From assembly GCA_002256025.1 (NCBI GenBank), contig NKIB01013009.1:1-64000 (forward strand): DNA of 64,000 nucleotides, given 5' to 3'. Below are positions 35,870 through 48,327 of this stretch, in pieces. A program made the translations under genes and the position numbers. Under the pieces are notes generated by a model. That model was not told the origin of the DNA. It did not search any database and saw only the letters and a list, made by a program, of their open reading frames with translations. Within the stretch, counting starts at the first letter, position 1; every line of letters begins with the position of its first letter. The DNA comes from Asterionella formosa. Lineage: Eukaryota.

Positions 35870-36562
35870 CATGACTACGGTACTGATGAAACAATCACAA
35901 TCTTGGGCCTTGGATCGCTGCTGTCGCAACGAAGCGCGCGCACTACATTTCCTGAACTTTCCAACTTTAGGCTTGGTCGGGTTCCGTACTATAGGCGTAT
36001 CTTTGGTCATCCAGCATCCATTTTCTTTCAACGAGGGATTGCCAACATGGAAACCAAAGAGTTTTCCTCCTTGAGTGCAGAATTTGTCAATGACGCATTC
36101 CCCGGGTTTGTATGTACCGTGTTTGAAGCATCAGCGCAGCTGTTGATGGAAGATGGAGTACCAAGCCAAGCGTTTCTGGAGCGCGAAGAAGAATTTAACA
36201 TTATTACTGTTCCATTTCTAGAACAAGACGGATCTGAGCATCAGGGCATACTTTGCGCGAAAGCATCGGATGCCATGTACCTGAAGCGATGGGGTCAAGA
36301 AAAGTTTGATCGTAACTATAGGGAGTATGGCATTGAGAAAATTTGGGGTTGGAAAGAAGATTCTGGACTGAGGCCATGCGCCATATATTTAAGGCATTGC
36401 CTGCTAGCTACCAAATTATTGGGGAACAAATGTTTTGATTCGTTCCTGGACGAGACATTTCTAGTGGACCGCCAATCGACAATTCGAGAATACCTCAAAG
36501 AAAACCCTCAAGTTATGTCAACTTTGCCGCCAATCGAGCTAGCCGAGAAAAATGGAGGTTAA
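35870..36562 (+). CDS. Conserved hypothetical protein, gamma-glutamylcyclotransferase-like fold; start codon not resolved
   Basis: ITILGLGSLLSQRSARTTFP, FLEREEEF, PCAIYLRHC and FLDETFLVDR resemble a plant/algal conserved family. There is no in-frame ATG after the stop at 35813, so an upstream exon is needed. Confidence 0.7.
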   Translation, partial: HDYGTDETITILGLGSLLSQRSARTTFPELSNFRLGRVPYYRRIFGHPASIFFQRGIANMETKEFSSLSAEFVNDAFPGFVCTVFEASAQLLMEDGVPSQAFLEREEEFNIITVPFLEQDGSEHQGILCAKASDAMYLKRWGQEKFDRNYREYGIEKIWGWKEDSGLRPCAIYLRHCLLATKLLGNKCFDSFLDETFLVDRQSTIREYLKENPQVMSTLPPIELAEKNGG

Positions 36563-36836
36563 TCGTTGAGTTGGAAAAGTTGTGCAGTGGGTGTTAATTT
36601 TAATGTAACTATGGTTCACTTTTGTAATTTTTGAAATTTCAACCCCTTCCCCTCTTATGCTCATGCTTTTATTTTACTGCTGATAAATTTGTCGCACCAA
36701 AATAATTTTTTCCAAAGCACTCTCCAACCATGCACACACCTTTCACTGGTCCACTCTTAGTGAATATCTGAAGGGATGCGTAAGCAGTCGAATATCTTGA
36801 GTTGCCTAGATGTGCTCATAGATAATGTGGACATTG

Positions 36837-39800
36837 CTAATTCATGATATCATTCACTAAGCTAGCATAGGTGTCAAACTCATCGGTTGCTTGTTCTTCA
36901 ACAGGTGTGCGTGCTGGGTGTCCATTTAATAACAAGGTATTCAGAGGAAGGCTAACACCCAGAAGCGCGGAAAGCGAGACTACAAGGTCCTTCAAATCAT
37001 CCGACGTGAGGCTGTCATCTTCCCAATGAACCGTGAGCAAGAAATTAAGGGACCCATCAATACCACTCTGAGTCGGGATGATACTTGAATCCTCCAAGAG
37101 ACTAACATACATTTGGTCGGCAGTGAAACGTCGCACTCGCGGGAATCCATGACCAAGCATGCTCAAAAGAAATCTGAGTAGATCCTTCCTTATAGCTTCG
37201 TCATGCAAGGATGAAAGAAGCCCATTCGCAACACCAACAGTCCCAAGTAAACGGTGAACATCACTGCAACAGCGAATCTCGCATTTGAGGCAATCTATAA
37301 GACCAAGTGAGAAGACAGACTTGTCCACCACAAGTGAGTCAAAAAGCCCTTTATTGAAGAGCTTCTCAAACATTTTTAAGAGAGGAAGCGTGATTCGACG
37401 ATTATTCTGGTTTCGTTGGAAGATGTCCAACATTGTCATTCCAAGCTGGTTGGCTCGATTTGGATTATCTATATCGCGGGTCCACGCCAAAAGGGCTTCC
37501 TCTGAATACCTCGCCACACTCTTCGCTAGTCCTCCTACACTTGGGACCAATCCTTTAATAATATCATAAAAGAATTCGTCAACGCATCCAGCATTCATTA
37601 CCAGTCTAAATGTCGATTCAGCATTTGACCAATTGATTTGAATCTTCTCAGTCAATCCCAGGGCATTCAGTAGGTACTCGCGACGAGGAATGAAGGGTAC
37701 TACTGGGCATATACTGGTCAGTATTCTCGTTAAGCACATACCAGCACGCGCTCGAATCGAATCAAGCTTCTCAGAAAGCTGTTTCAACAATCCACCGATG
37801 ATCCTCACACAAAGTTCACTGTCGAAATATCCAGGACTCAATCGATTGTTGGCTTCAACAGCGGCAAATGTCAATGTTTCAAGGCCGTCCATAGCAGCCA
37901 GCCTTGACCACGAGCCCACGTCACCTCTTCGATCCATATTGTAGTCATTGAGGGCAAGTATGAACGATTCAAACACTTGTTTCGTTAGTTCCTTACTCAG
38001 TCCAACGGAGGGAGGACATGTCGATCTGAATTCGTCAATCGTCACAGTCTCACAAACATTTGCCAACGCCTTGAGGGCATTTCGTCTCGTCTCAGCGTCT
38101 CGATCATTGCCTACACAAGCATCAAATCTGGCTGCTTTGCATAGACATTCGAGCACATTAGCCAAAACGTTGCGTGATGGAGCCAGCAATTTCGCCGGGA
38201 GAGCCCCCAAACCAAGCGCATACCCTCTACTCTCTCCCGGATGATCTGATTTATCCACCAAATCAATGTACTTGTCAACGACTCGCTTCTGAAGCCGATC
38301 CGATGGCCCCTTGTCACCAACTGGGAAATAAGAATTCATGAGTCCTGCCAACGCATTGCTAGCCGCCAATTGGATTTCTTCATTCGCGTGTCGCAGATTC
38401 ATGTCAATAGAATCCAAGCATCGAACCTGATACTTCACAGTCAAATGCAGCTTTGCACTGGAAAAGCATTCAATAAACCTGCAGACTGCAGACCTCATAA
38501 TCTCTCCACCTCGACCACGATACAAGCGGAGTTTCTCAATCTTTGTAACGAGCTCTGTTATATCTACCAGAATGTCAGCTTCGTATTCTGTTTGTCCGAG
38601 TGCAAGAATGACTTCTGCTAGTCCCAGCAAAGCCCCATGTCGGACTATCAAATCTTGATGTGTACACTTTTCTACAAGGTAGGGAATAACAAACCTTTTC
38701 ATAAATGCTGGATCCAACGAGGCGAGTCCTCGAAGCGATATAGCGGAAAGTTGTCGGATATTCCGATCCCAATGAAACAGCTTGACTGTGTACAAATGGG
38801 AAATGATGACACTTCGATACTCTTCAAATTGAGCAACAAAAAGAGCGATTCTCGTGTAGGCATCAGAACGATTACCTAGGGAAAAATAATCTGCCGCTGT
38901 TAAGATATCAATTCCATGATGAAAGTTGTCAGCACCCTGCCGCCCAACACACTCTTGAAAAGCTGCACTTGCAGCGCGCCGACAATTGACCTCGCGATCA
39001 AATAAGCAGGCAATAATTATTGATTGACTAACCTCTGAGACATAGGGCCTTATGACATTCGGAGAATAGGCGCGAGCAAAAGCCCAATAGGTGTAACAAG
39101 CTGCATCCCGTACATGAGCACCAACACTGTTCTGGCCACGGCGCACATCAAACTGAATCGCCTTGACAATGACTGGAACCACATCAAAAAGTCTAGACGG
39201 CAGCAACGAACCTCGTCTAGCGAGTTCCGCCATAGCCAAACATGCTCCGTGCCAAGCATGATCCTTGTCTTCTTTGTCAAAAAGCCGCAACAATGCATCC
39301 AAAACGTCGTCCGCACAAATCACAGGTAGTCTCTCCGTCAATCGCCCAATTCCCTTGGCAGCGGACCATCGAACAACAGTGGAGGAATCTTGGAGCGACG
39401 AAATCATGTGCCCCATGGCATCTTCTACTGGATCAGGAACCAGGAATATATCCTCCTCTATCTCAATCTCCGTCTGGTCCGATGTGTTTGCGTCCCATCC
39501 ACCATTTAAATTCTCCAACAATGTGCGTCGGCCTCGATTATATCTCCACTTTGCAATTCGTGGTGGCAGATACGCGCATCCCATTCTTGACAACCACTTA
39601 GTCATGAGCTTTCGAACTAGCATATTATTGCAACTCTCGGAAAGTTGCAGCGCTACTTCCCACAGCGTCTCCATTCTGTGCACGAGCGCTTCGGTGCGTT
39701 GTCCAACTTTAAGAATATTCGCTAAAGTTTTCAGAACTCCCATAGCTTGGAAAATGTTGTGGGATGAGTGGTATTGTTCCAGGACATGTTTGGACCATTC

Positions 39801-40442
39801 AATGAAGCTGGAGAGTTCCTTCGTTTCTAGATCAGGTCTTGCTAGCCACGAGGCTAAACAAGCAGCGGCAGTTTCTTGAATCGGGCCAGCTTGTGACAAA
39901 TGTAACTTTCCAAGTGCTAGCATCGTCGGAACAACTTCCTCCGCCATGACATGACTACTAAACGGTACCAGACTCAACATGCCCATCCATATCCACATGA
40001 CATAGATGGATTCCCAGAGCAGAGGTTCTTCTTCCATGAACTCTTTATTTTCCAAATCTCTTGATAGGTTCTGTAAGCACAACATGACAGGTTCTACATG
40101 TCGAACCTCGTGGGTTAAAAACCGCTGGATCCGCTTTCGACCACTGACTTTTGCAAGCGAATAAAGAGCAGATAGGAGGAAGCGCAGCTCGATAGAAGGC
40201 AAGTTCACTCGTTGTATTGCTGCTTCAGATAAGATCGACACCATTTCCTCTAAATATGGATCAAGCAAGGTAGGACATTCGAGGTACTTGTCGAAAATGC
40301 GTCGAAGACAAGACAGTGCAGCGTGTCGTTCCGAAAGTTGAGCTGTGTCAGTTAAAAGAATGATGATCTTTTCTCGTGCCTCCTCGTGCTCGGCAAACAG
40401 GGAAGCTTCCGAGGCAACCCATTCTTTTCCATCGCCTTCCAT
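36837..40442 (-). CDS. TBCD: Tubulin-folding cofactor D
   Basis: About 1200-aa HEAT-repeat ORF with LLDPYLE, VRWSAAKGIGR, WHGACLAMAELARRG, VRDAACY, FDREVNCRRAASAAFQECVGR and RGDVGSWSR. Start taken at MEGDGK (40442). Confidence 0.96.
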   Translation of the reverse strand: MEGDGKEWVASEASLFAEHEEAREKIIILLTDTAQLSERHAALSCLRRIFDKYLECPTLLDPYLEEMVSILSEAAIQRVNLPSIELRFLLSALYSLAKVSGRKRIQRFLTHEVRHVEPVMLCLQNLSRDLENKEFMEEEPLLWESIYVMWIWMGMLSLVPFSSHVMAEEVVPTMLALGKLHLSQAGPIQETAAACLASWLARPDLETKELSSFIEWSKHVLEQYHSSHNIFQAMGVLKTLANILKVGQRTEALVHRMETLWEVALQLSESCNNMLVRKLMTKWLSRMGCAYLPPRIAKWRYNRGRRTLLENLNGGWDANTSDQTEIEIEEDIFLVPDPVEDAMGHMISSLQDSSTVVRWSAAKGIGRLTERLPVICADDVLDALLRLFDKEDKDHAWHGACLAMAELARRGSLLPSRLFDVVPVIVKAIQFDVRRGQNSVGAHVRDAACYTYWAFARAYSPNVIRPYVSEVSQSIIIACLFDREVNCRRAASAAFQECVGRQGADNFHHGIDILTAADYFSLGNRSDAYTRIALFVAQFEEYRSVIISHLYTVKLFHWDRNIRQLSAISLRGLASLDPAFMKRFVIPYLVEKCTHQDLIVRHGALLGLAEVILALGQTEYEADILVDITELVTKIEKLRLYRGRGGEIMRSAVCRFIECFSSAKLHLTVKYQVRCLDSIDMNLRHANEEIQLAASNALAGLMNSYFPVGDKGPSDRLQKRVVDKYIDLVDKSDHPGESRGYALGLGALPAKLLAPSRNVLANVLECLCKAARFDACVGNDRDAETRRNALKALANVCETVTIDEFRSTCPPSVGLSKELTKQVFESFILALNDYNMDRRGDVGSWSRLAAMDGLETLTFAAVEANNRLSPGYFDSELCVRIIGGLLKQLSEKLDSIRARAGMCLTRILTSICPVVPFIPRREYLLNALGLTEKIQINWSNAESTFRLVMNAGCVDEFFYDIIKGLVPSVGGLAKSVARYSEEALLAWTRDIDNPNRANQLGMTMLDIFQRNQNNRRITLPLLKMFEKLFNKGLFDSLVVDKSVFSLGLIDCLKCEIRCCSDVHRLLGTVGVANGLLSSLHDEAIRKDLLRFLLSMLGHGFPRVRRFTADQMYVSLLEDSSIIPTQSGIDGSLNFLLTVHWEDDSLTSDDLKDLVVSLSALLGVSLPLNTLLLNGHPARTPVEEQATDEFDTYASLVNDIMN

Positions 40443-42164
40443 GATCACACAGTTGCATTGATCATTGCTAATTGTTAATGTTGATGATTGTATTTGTACT
40501 CGAGCAGACTCGATCGTTCTGCGGCTCAGAGCACAATAAATGTACCGTAATAGATTTTGAATAAAAATATTCCCCTTGTCGCAAATCATCATACCGGCGG
40601 TGGTGCACCGTCCTGGTTACCAGGTAGTTCCAGGTTCCAGGTACCAGGTATGACCCCTACATGGACAAATAATGGTGAGCGAGCGAAGCTATCACCTGAG
40701 TTGAGTCACGAGAGTGACTACGGTACAACAACCGGTGGAACCCGGCTCAAAATATACAAGATACCAGTACATGTATCATACTCCGGTATACTACCAGGTA
40801 CCAGGTACCTGTAACTGTGGCTCTTTTCGAGGACCGCAGAATGACTTTGGAAGCGATGATATACCGGTAGGTAAATAAGAGAACTGCGTAGAAGTTGAAA
40901 AGATGAAAATTCGATATTACGGACAAGGACGGACCCTATAGTATACCAGGCAAGCACCGGGTGATACAGACCACGTGACGCGAATCGAAGGAGTCGAAGC
41001 TGAGAGATTAATATAGCGACAACGCGACTATTAAGCTCTAGCTTTTAGAGTTGAATCGAACAACCAAGAGTCGGCAGCTAAGACAAGGAAAGGAGGCAGC
41101 ATTCACGCGAGGTTAAACAAGTGAAATAGTGCAAGTGTGAAGCACACAATTCTTTGAATAACGATTCAGAGAAGCAGTCTAAAGCATCGCCAAGCCTTTC
41201 GCAATTTATAGTATAAAATCACCCACCCTACGTCCCTTCTATGGCAAAGCGCAACTCGACTACGCCAGAACCCGGAGATTGAATCCGAATTTCGATGGGA
41301 AAGGGACACGTTTACTTAGCACCGAATTCAAAAACCATTTATGCTACTTCTACTTTGTATTTCTGGCTCGCTATTCTAGTATGCTATGGTTCGATTTTAT
41401 ATATTCCAGCGAAGTACCCACAAAGCCACTGCACAGACTACATATGGAGAAAGACGAAACGGACGAGACGGTATTTGTGTCGAAGTTACTTCGGGGTTAC
41501 CAGAAGGATGGAGCTTACCGGTACCTGGTAGTCTACCGTAGTACATATGGTTAGTAGAAAGCTCACAATGAGTGAAGTATGCTGTAGTAGAGCAGAAAGT
41601 GAGTTTCTGACGTTTTCTAACCAAGATCTAGAAGTAGATCAGGAGAAATAGCTATGTACCAGTATGGGTGAGTATGAAATATAGTCGTATACTATGTACA
41701 TACTCAAGAGCAACTGGTACTGCTTCCGGGTACCGGTAGTAGATTTTAACTCTGGTATCGGTACATATTCATTTCCTACCCGGTATATGTGTATTGTTAC
41801 CAGGTACCGGTAGTCTACCTGGTACCATAACAGTTGTCGTCCATATGGCTGGTAGTCTATATATTTTTTGAAAGCATCTACCGGTAGACTACTTCTCTAG
41901 GTTGCATGTCTTCATAGCTACTGTTATTTGAGCGACCCCTTCATGAGCACTCCATCATGAGGCTATATTCGCGATGGCAGAACTACATTATTATTACCAC
42001 AAAGAATTGATCACAAGTGCATCCGAACTTAAAGCATAATCTTTAGTTCTGTTATTTGTCTCCAAAAGGGCTGTAAGTTGAGTTATTGATTGTCATACTC
42101 TTTAGGCCGTTCAAATATTAGCCATAGAGCATACCTTCTATGCACCCTATACGATTAAATCAAA

Positions 42165-42722
42165 CTAGTCGAACTTCGTTTCAAAGTTAGAGATGGTTGT
42201 GGACCCTGAACTCAACTCAAATTCACTCCACAATCCTTTGGAAAGATCCACACTCTCAAAAATGTCACCAGCCTTGTTTGTCACGACAAACTCGCTACCC
42301 ATGGGATGAAATGCGTATGGTTCTAGTCCCAGACATTCCAAAGCGAGCATGGGCACGAAATTTCCGCTATCCTTCGCTGTCATATCCGTTGGCATAGAGT
42401 CGCTGTTTCCATGGGATCCCTTCCCCTTGAACTTTTTATTGCTGTTGGGCAGTTCGCGGAGCACACGAATCGTTGCTCTCTGGGGTACACCATCCCATTT
42501 CAAGGAGAAATGGCAGGGTGGATCAGGGTGTGAGTCATGGGAATGCTTTCCTCCTCCTTCCGGCGGCAGGGCGAGTTCAACAGTTTCAATGACTATTTTC
42601 TCACGCTTTTCCACATGGTCGACTGGATTCCGAACTGAAATGCACAAATCCTTTCCTGGGGCAAGAGCCAAGGAGGCCACACCTGTCAAATCGGCCTTGA
42701 CGTAGAGGACAAATACCACCAT
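42165..42722 (-). CDS. DUF866/CZIB (UPF0587)-like protein lacking the CxxC motifs
   Basis: MVVFVLYVKADLTGV, FVPMLALECLGLEPYAFHP and G.IFESVDLSKG.WSEF. Confidence 0.75.
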   Translation of the reverse strand: MVVFVLYVKADLTGVASLALAPGKDLCISVRNPVDHVEKREKIVIETVELALPPEGGGKHSHDSHPDPPCHFSLKWDGVPQRATIRVLRELPNSNKKFKGKGSHGNSDSMPTDMTAKDSGNFVPMLALECLGLEPYAFHPMGSEFVVTNKAGDIFESVDLSKGLWSEFELSSGSTTISNFETKFD

Positions 42723-43164
42723 GTTCGGATCTTGCCACACGAGTAACGGTAGATCCTTGAGTAACTTGCGGAATATTTTGGGCCATCATGCAATATTGCG
42801 TATTGCTTTCTTTACGAGTATTTTGATACCCGCAAGATGGGCGATGACGGAAACTCCGACGAAGTACGACCGAAATCACAGGCACGTTGAAAATTGCTAT
42901 TTATCTAAAATCAACAACGCACACTCGCATCACGTTTCTTGTACAAAGCCAAACCAGCAAAAAAAGAAGGGGAAACTGGCAAAAATACGCTGAAGGCAGA
43001 CACATGATGCACTTCACATGTACCAACTTGAACAAGATGCTGGGGCACTTACAACACAATTTGGCCTTTAGACTCTAGATTTGTATGCTGATTCCCTAGA
43101 TGCCCTCCCAATTTGAGATGATTGCAAGAAATTGGGGGTCTTGTTTAGGTACCTTGATTATGTA

Positions 43165-43281
43165 CCCTCATCAAAAAAGTATATGATTCCTGGTAAGCAT
43201 TTCTTGAGCACCCTTGCTCCCTGTAACCACAGGATGCATCCCTGAACATGCTTACCAGAAATTCTATACTTTTGATGAAGT
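43165..43281. mobile_element. MITE family 2 (about 117 bp), TA-flanked
   Basis: About 33-bp TIRs: tcatcaaaaaagtatatgattcctggtaagcat / atgcttaccagaaattctatactttttgatga. Confidence 0.8.
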
Positions 43282-43992
43282 TACTTTTTCATTGAAGAAA
43301 GCTAATATACTGCAGACGTCATGAATCGAAAGGTGGGCTATAGTATATTGCAGTGTAAATTTCTTAAAACAAGGTGATCACTACAGTTTTCTCTTAAATA
43401 GATTTAGAAAAATGATGTGAAAAATTATCAAAGTCGAACACATCTTTGTGCAAATGTGTATTATTCAAGAATATTCGAACAAAAAAGAAACATGATGCAT
43501 TGTGACATCACAAACTAATATTAAATTTTTTCATTAATATTAACAACAAAAACTGAAATCGTTGCTAGAATTTGTTTTGGTCGACGTTTGCTCAATTTTA
43601 AAGATGCAACCAAAGAAGAGACATCCTTGAATTCGTAGTAGCTAGCTTGATAACTTATGCTGGATGATTATTTCTGTCTACTGAACAAATTAATGAGAAA
43701 CATTGAGAAAATGAAATCTCGGAAAGGAGGGGCACAGCAGCTCAAAATGCAAGAAAATATTTGAGTGAATTGTTGTGTACTGACTTTCATGTATGTACTT
43801 CAGGTTGTGGTTCATGTTCCTATGGAATCTTGATTAGGTCATTTTGAACTTACATATAGACATGCAACAATATGCTGCTTCTTTGTTAGGCAACTAATAA
43901 TACGCATCCGACATACAAAACTAGGTATATAGTTAAATATGTTTTCAATGTTAACTGAAAGGGCAATGTAGCGGCGAAAAGCGCGCCGATAG

Positions 43993-44220
43993 CTAGGTTG
44001 TGAATTGCCTAGTTGAGACCGTACTCGGGAGGAGTGTGATAAATTGTGATCTTTGTACCTGGTACCTGGTACTTGAATTGGCATGCCCTCGCAGGTAGAC
44101 CTTCTCGCAACGCCGGAGTCGCCGTTCATTCGGTCAACCTACCGGTACTCGCGCCTCCCAAGCCTCGAACAGCCACAAGGAGAATACTCGCAGGCGGCCT
44201 CGGTCGTGTCTTACCTTCAG
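43993..44220. repeat. Dispersed repeat family B, copy 2
   Basis: Same orientation and blocks as 16665-16892. Confidence 0.9.
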
Positions 44221-44447
44221 CACTATACTTGCTCGTAGAAGTACAGTACTGGTACCAGGGGGTACCAGGGTGCCAGAGGCGGTACCGGTAAGCAAGTACG
44301 GAGTGCGCACTGGTAGTATATAACATGATAAACTTGCGGGAGTGTCCATATTTATTATATTATATACAGTCAAGCGTTTTGTAATAGCGAAGAAGCAAAT
44401 TCAATTTTTAAGTCACAAAAAATGCCACAGCAATCAACAGGAGCACC

Positions 44448-47381
44448 ATGGATGCACAAGTTGACGAGCATAAAAATTCCGCTTCCCCTGACAATAAAAC
44501 ACCCATAACGGACAACACCGCACAACTTTTATTGTTTTCCGTCGAAAAAGCAAGCGATCTTCCGGAATTGACGAATCTTCCCTTTAAGGAAACAATCTCG
44601 TTGCCGGCTGTCAAAAGCATGCTCAGAAATAGTGGCAGCGACACCTGCCTCCCTTCATCTACCGGTAAAGGAAATCAAGGAATTTCTCCTAGATCAATTG
44701 ATCCTTTGGGAAATGGCAGCATGCGGCAGCAGCAGCAACAACAACAACAACAACAACAACAGCAGCAGCAGCAGAACCACGGTGGACGATCTCGGCGACC
44801 GCCTCAATCACGAAGTCAAGAGTTTGTGCAGCCACAACAACAGCAGCAGCAACTTTACTATCACATAGCTCCTACTCCTCCTCCTATGCAATATGGATCC
44901 TATCAAGGACATTTTGCTTCTTATCCATCCCCTATGAATATTCCTCCCCCTCCGCAAATGTTGCCTTCACCAAGATATAATGTGCAAGGCCTGAGACAAC
45001 AGCAAAGTCATTCTCAACAGATTTCAGCACCTTCAGATGTTCATCGTCGTGTCAATTCCCTCCCTTCCTTCGTTACACTTCCTGGAGTATCTCCAGCTGG
45101 AAATCCTTTGATTCCGATTCTTCCAGAAGCTGAAGGTCGACACGGTGCCTCGCCAAACATGCAAGGTCACGGCAAGCACAATTTCAACGCAGCGGGACAT
45201 CAAGGTCACCGTCGCACTCACTCTGGAAATGCACTTCCCAGTGCAGTTGGACCCAATGTTCATCGTCGCACTTACTCTGGCAATTCTCCCTTCACGTATG
45301 GATCCACCGACGACGGCGTACCCGCACGCCAACAAACCAGTGGCAAGTTCTCCCCACGACAAGAAATTATGAAGCTATCAAAAGGCTATGCCTCTCGCTC
45401 TGCTCAACAGCTGCAGCCACCCATGTCTCCTGGGAATGCATTTAATCGCGGCGGCATGTCACCTCGAGTCTCTCCTCGATCTTCTGCAATGCGCCAGCAA
45501 GGGTACCCGCAAGAAAATCTACATGTATCCTTCAGCCCAGGCACACCAATTCATGAAGGGGGTCATGCTATGGCATCCCTCCGTGACATTCAAATGTGGG
45601 ATGGCCAAGAATCACCCGGTTCGCCATACTTGGGGGAAGCAACTTTTCAAGCCAATCGTCGTAACAAGGCCCGAAAAATGCACATGCGCCAACAGTCGGC
45701 CCAACTATTCATGGAACCTGTAAAGGGGATTAAGCAAGTACAAGCATGTCGGGATGTGATGTTCGTCATCTTGTTTCTCTTTCATTTGATTGGCATGGCA
45801 TTTTTGGGAATTACATATAGGCACGATGTGTACATTGGCGAAAAGAGTGTGGAAGATGGCAGCAGTACTGGAGGCGCAGGAATGGAAGATGCAACTGTTG
45901 CCGAAATTTTGGTGGACTTGGAGGATGACGCAGTCTCCATTTCTTATCGCAACGTGATGTATGTAACTTGTCTTTGTGGTATTTTCAGCGTGGTCATCTC
46001 AACTTTAGCGTTAGTGATTATGACGGTGATTGCCAAGCGCCTTGTTCAAGTTGCTTTGATTTTAACAATCTCACTGAGTTTTGCTTGGGGAACTATTGGA
46101 ATCGGCGTGTCCCCCCAGAATTTCGTGCCTATTACTGGCATTATCGCGTTAATGTTAAGTGTGGGATACACTTTTATTGTTTGGGATCGAATTCCATTTG
46201 CAGCAGCCAATTTACATGCAGGGCTTAGTGGTGTGAGAGCCAATGCGGGGACCGTCGTGGTTGCATTTGCCTTTCAGGGCCTTTCCTTGTTGTGGACGAT
46301 TTATTTCGCTCATGTATTAGTTGGAATTTACAATGCTTTGGACAAGGGAGATTTGGTCTTGTCAAAGCACATGACAATCTTTGTTTATACTATGTTGGGA
46401 ATTTCCTACTATTGGACATACCATGTATTGATGGTAAGTACGAAAGGGGACGATGGACTTCATCAAATTCAAGTACTAACCACTTCCTTTCTTTGCCGTA
46501 TTTCAGAACGTTGTTCAGGTAACGGTGGCTGGCACAGTTGGGAGCTGGTGGTTTACGCCAGATGGTAACCCGTCATGCTTCAAGGAGGCTGTGACGACTT
46601 CCTTTTTCTCTGCGATCGTTTTTCGGTTAGGATCCATTTGCTTTGGAAGTTTGCTAATAGGACCAGTACGGTTGCTTCACATGGTGGCTGCCTTTTTCCG
46701 TCCAAGCAACGAGGATTCCACCCTATTGTGCATGCACGAATTCCTGAATTGTGTCCGACAGTGCATTGCCGGAACTTGGGTGGATCAATTGTCCGAGCAT
46801 TTTAGTCCCTGGGCCTTAACGTACGTTGGATTGTACGGTTATTCATTGTTGGATGCTGGAGAGCACGCGACAGAACTATTTGAGAAACGAGGCTGGACAA
46901 TGATTGTATCGGATGACTTGGTTCCAAATGTGCTTCTGATGGTTAGCGTGGTAGTCGGAGGAGTGACGGGTTGCTTCGGAGTTTTGATCCAGAAGATGGA
47001 TGAACTTAAGTTTACATCATTTCATGCACCTGCTGCGACCGCTTTTTTGTAAGTCACCACCATTGTTATGTTGGCTTTCTTATTCTGCAGGCAACGCTAA
47101 CACCTTGCGTAATTTTTTTCAGAATCGGCCTCTGTATTGGGTGGGTAGTGACATCTGTATTATTCGGTATCATTTGTAGCTCCGTCAATGCTGTAATAGT
47201 ATGTTTTGCTGGGAACCCCGTGGAATTTAACAAGAATCATCCTGAACTAAGCGAGGAAATGAGATCGGCCTGGCGAGAAGTGTGGCCAGGTTGCATGGAT
47301 GTTGTTGACATGAGAGCGGAGTACGTCGATTTGGCGAATGCACATCATCAGCAAGCGGGTGAACGGCATCCGCTGTTGTAG
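44448..47381 (+). CDS. Choline transporter-like (CTL/SLC44/Pns1 family) membrane protein with a long disordered polyQ N-terminus; exons 44448-46433, 46507-47048, 47123-47381
   Basis: CRDVMFVILF, WDRIPFAAANL, VTVAGTVGSWWF, GSICFGSLL, WALTYVGLYG and AVIVCFA. GTAAGT...TTTCAG introns at 46434-46506 and 47049-47122 restore the frame. Confidence 0.92.
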
Positions 47382-48327
47382 AACAAGAGAATTTAGGCCG
47401 CGGCAGTGTACTGGCTTGGTATGTTCCAGATCGTTGGTAGCTCGCAAGCACCATTGTGAAATCAAGTCAGTTGGCGCTAAATATTTGGTAGAGTCTTGCA
47501 GTGCCGCTTGCATGTTTGAAAGAGGACCATTGAAATTGATTCAGCTTATATTTATTATTATAAAACTAATGGTTCAAACCTGAACAACACCAAACTCACA
47601 AACGCGGAGCTGCACATCACGGCAAGCGCTCAAACACAGGTGCTTCTACTGCAAACGCTGCAGTCGTAGCATATTATGACGCTAATGATAGAATATGCTA
47701 CTCTAAAATGGATTGCAAGTCGCCAATTCTTGGCACCCAACATAGCTAGCTATAGCATAACAAGAACTAGCAAACAATTTGCAAGGTCGTGCTTGATGGC
47801 GGAGTGCAAGTTTCGTCGACACTGTCTTTTTTAGTCGGCGAAGTAGTTTCGGTGGATTGCTTACGTAAAATCTATATATGTATCAAAATGACTGCCTTCG
47901 TTAGTCAAACCTGATCACAAATGAGTTCAGTGTGACAAGTCATGATCTATGTGAAAGCTGAGTAATAGCGCTATAGGAGCAAACTATGGGTGCAACTGTG
48001 TATTAATCTTCGATTGAGTTGATATGTAGTTTCTATGAATACTTTTACATTCATGGTAATGCTTGCTTGTACTGGCGTGTCTGTTCCATTACTCATGTAT
48101 TATTACATCATTGTTTCCAGTAGTATTGCAGTCTGTCAATTTCTCTGAGATCATTTAGCTGATTGCTTAGTCATGATCGCCAATTGAAGGGGTTCAACAT
48201 GGGTTCGACCACGACATCGTCCTCGGGGTTTGCATCGAGCAGCACACTGTCGAACTCAGTCTCTTCCCAATGATTGTACGTAGGGTCATACCAGTCACCG
48301 CTTCAGGTCGAATCGAGAAAGGTGAAG

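Noticed and set aside
37285..39879. Long antisense ORFs opposite TBCD (similarly opposite DCTN1 and the repeat protein)
   Set aside because: These are shadow frames of real genes with no independent motifs.
40443..40592. 50-aa N-terminal extension of TBCD from the ORF track (also the extensions of the phosducin-like, DLH and methyltransferase ORFs)
   Set aside because: The extensions look like UTR, some use non-ATG starts, and downstream ATGs fit the family N-termini better.
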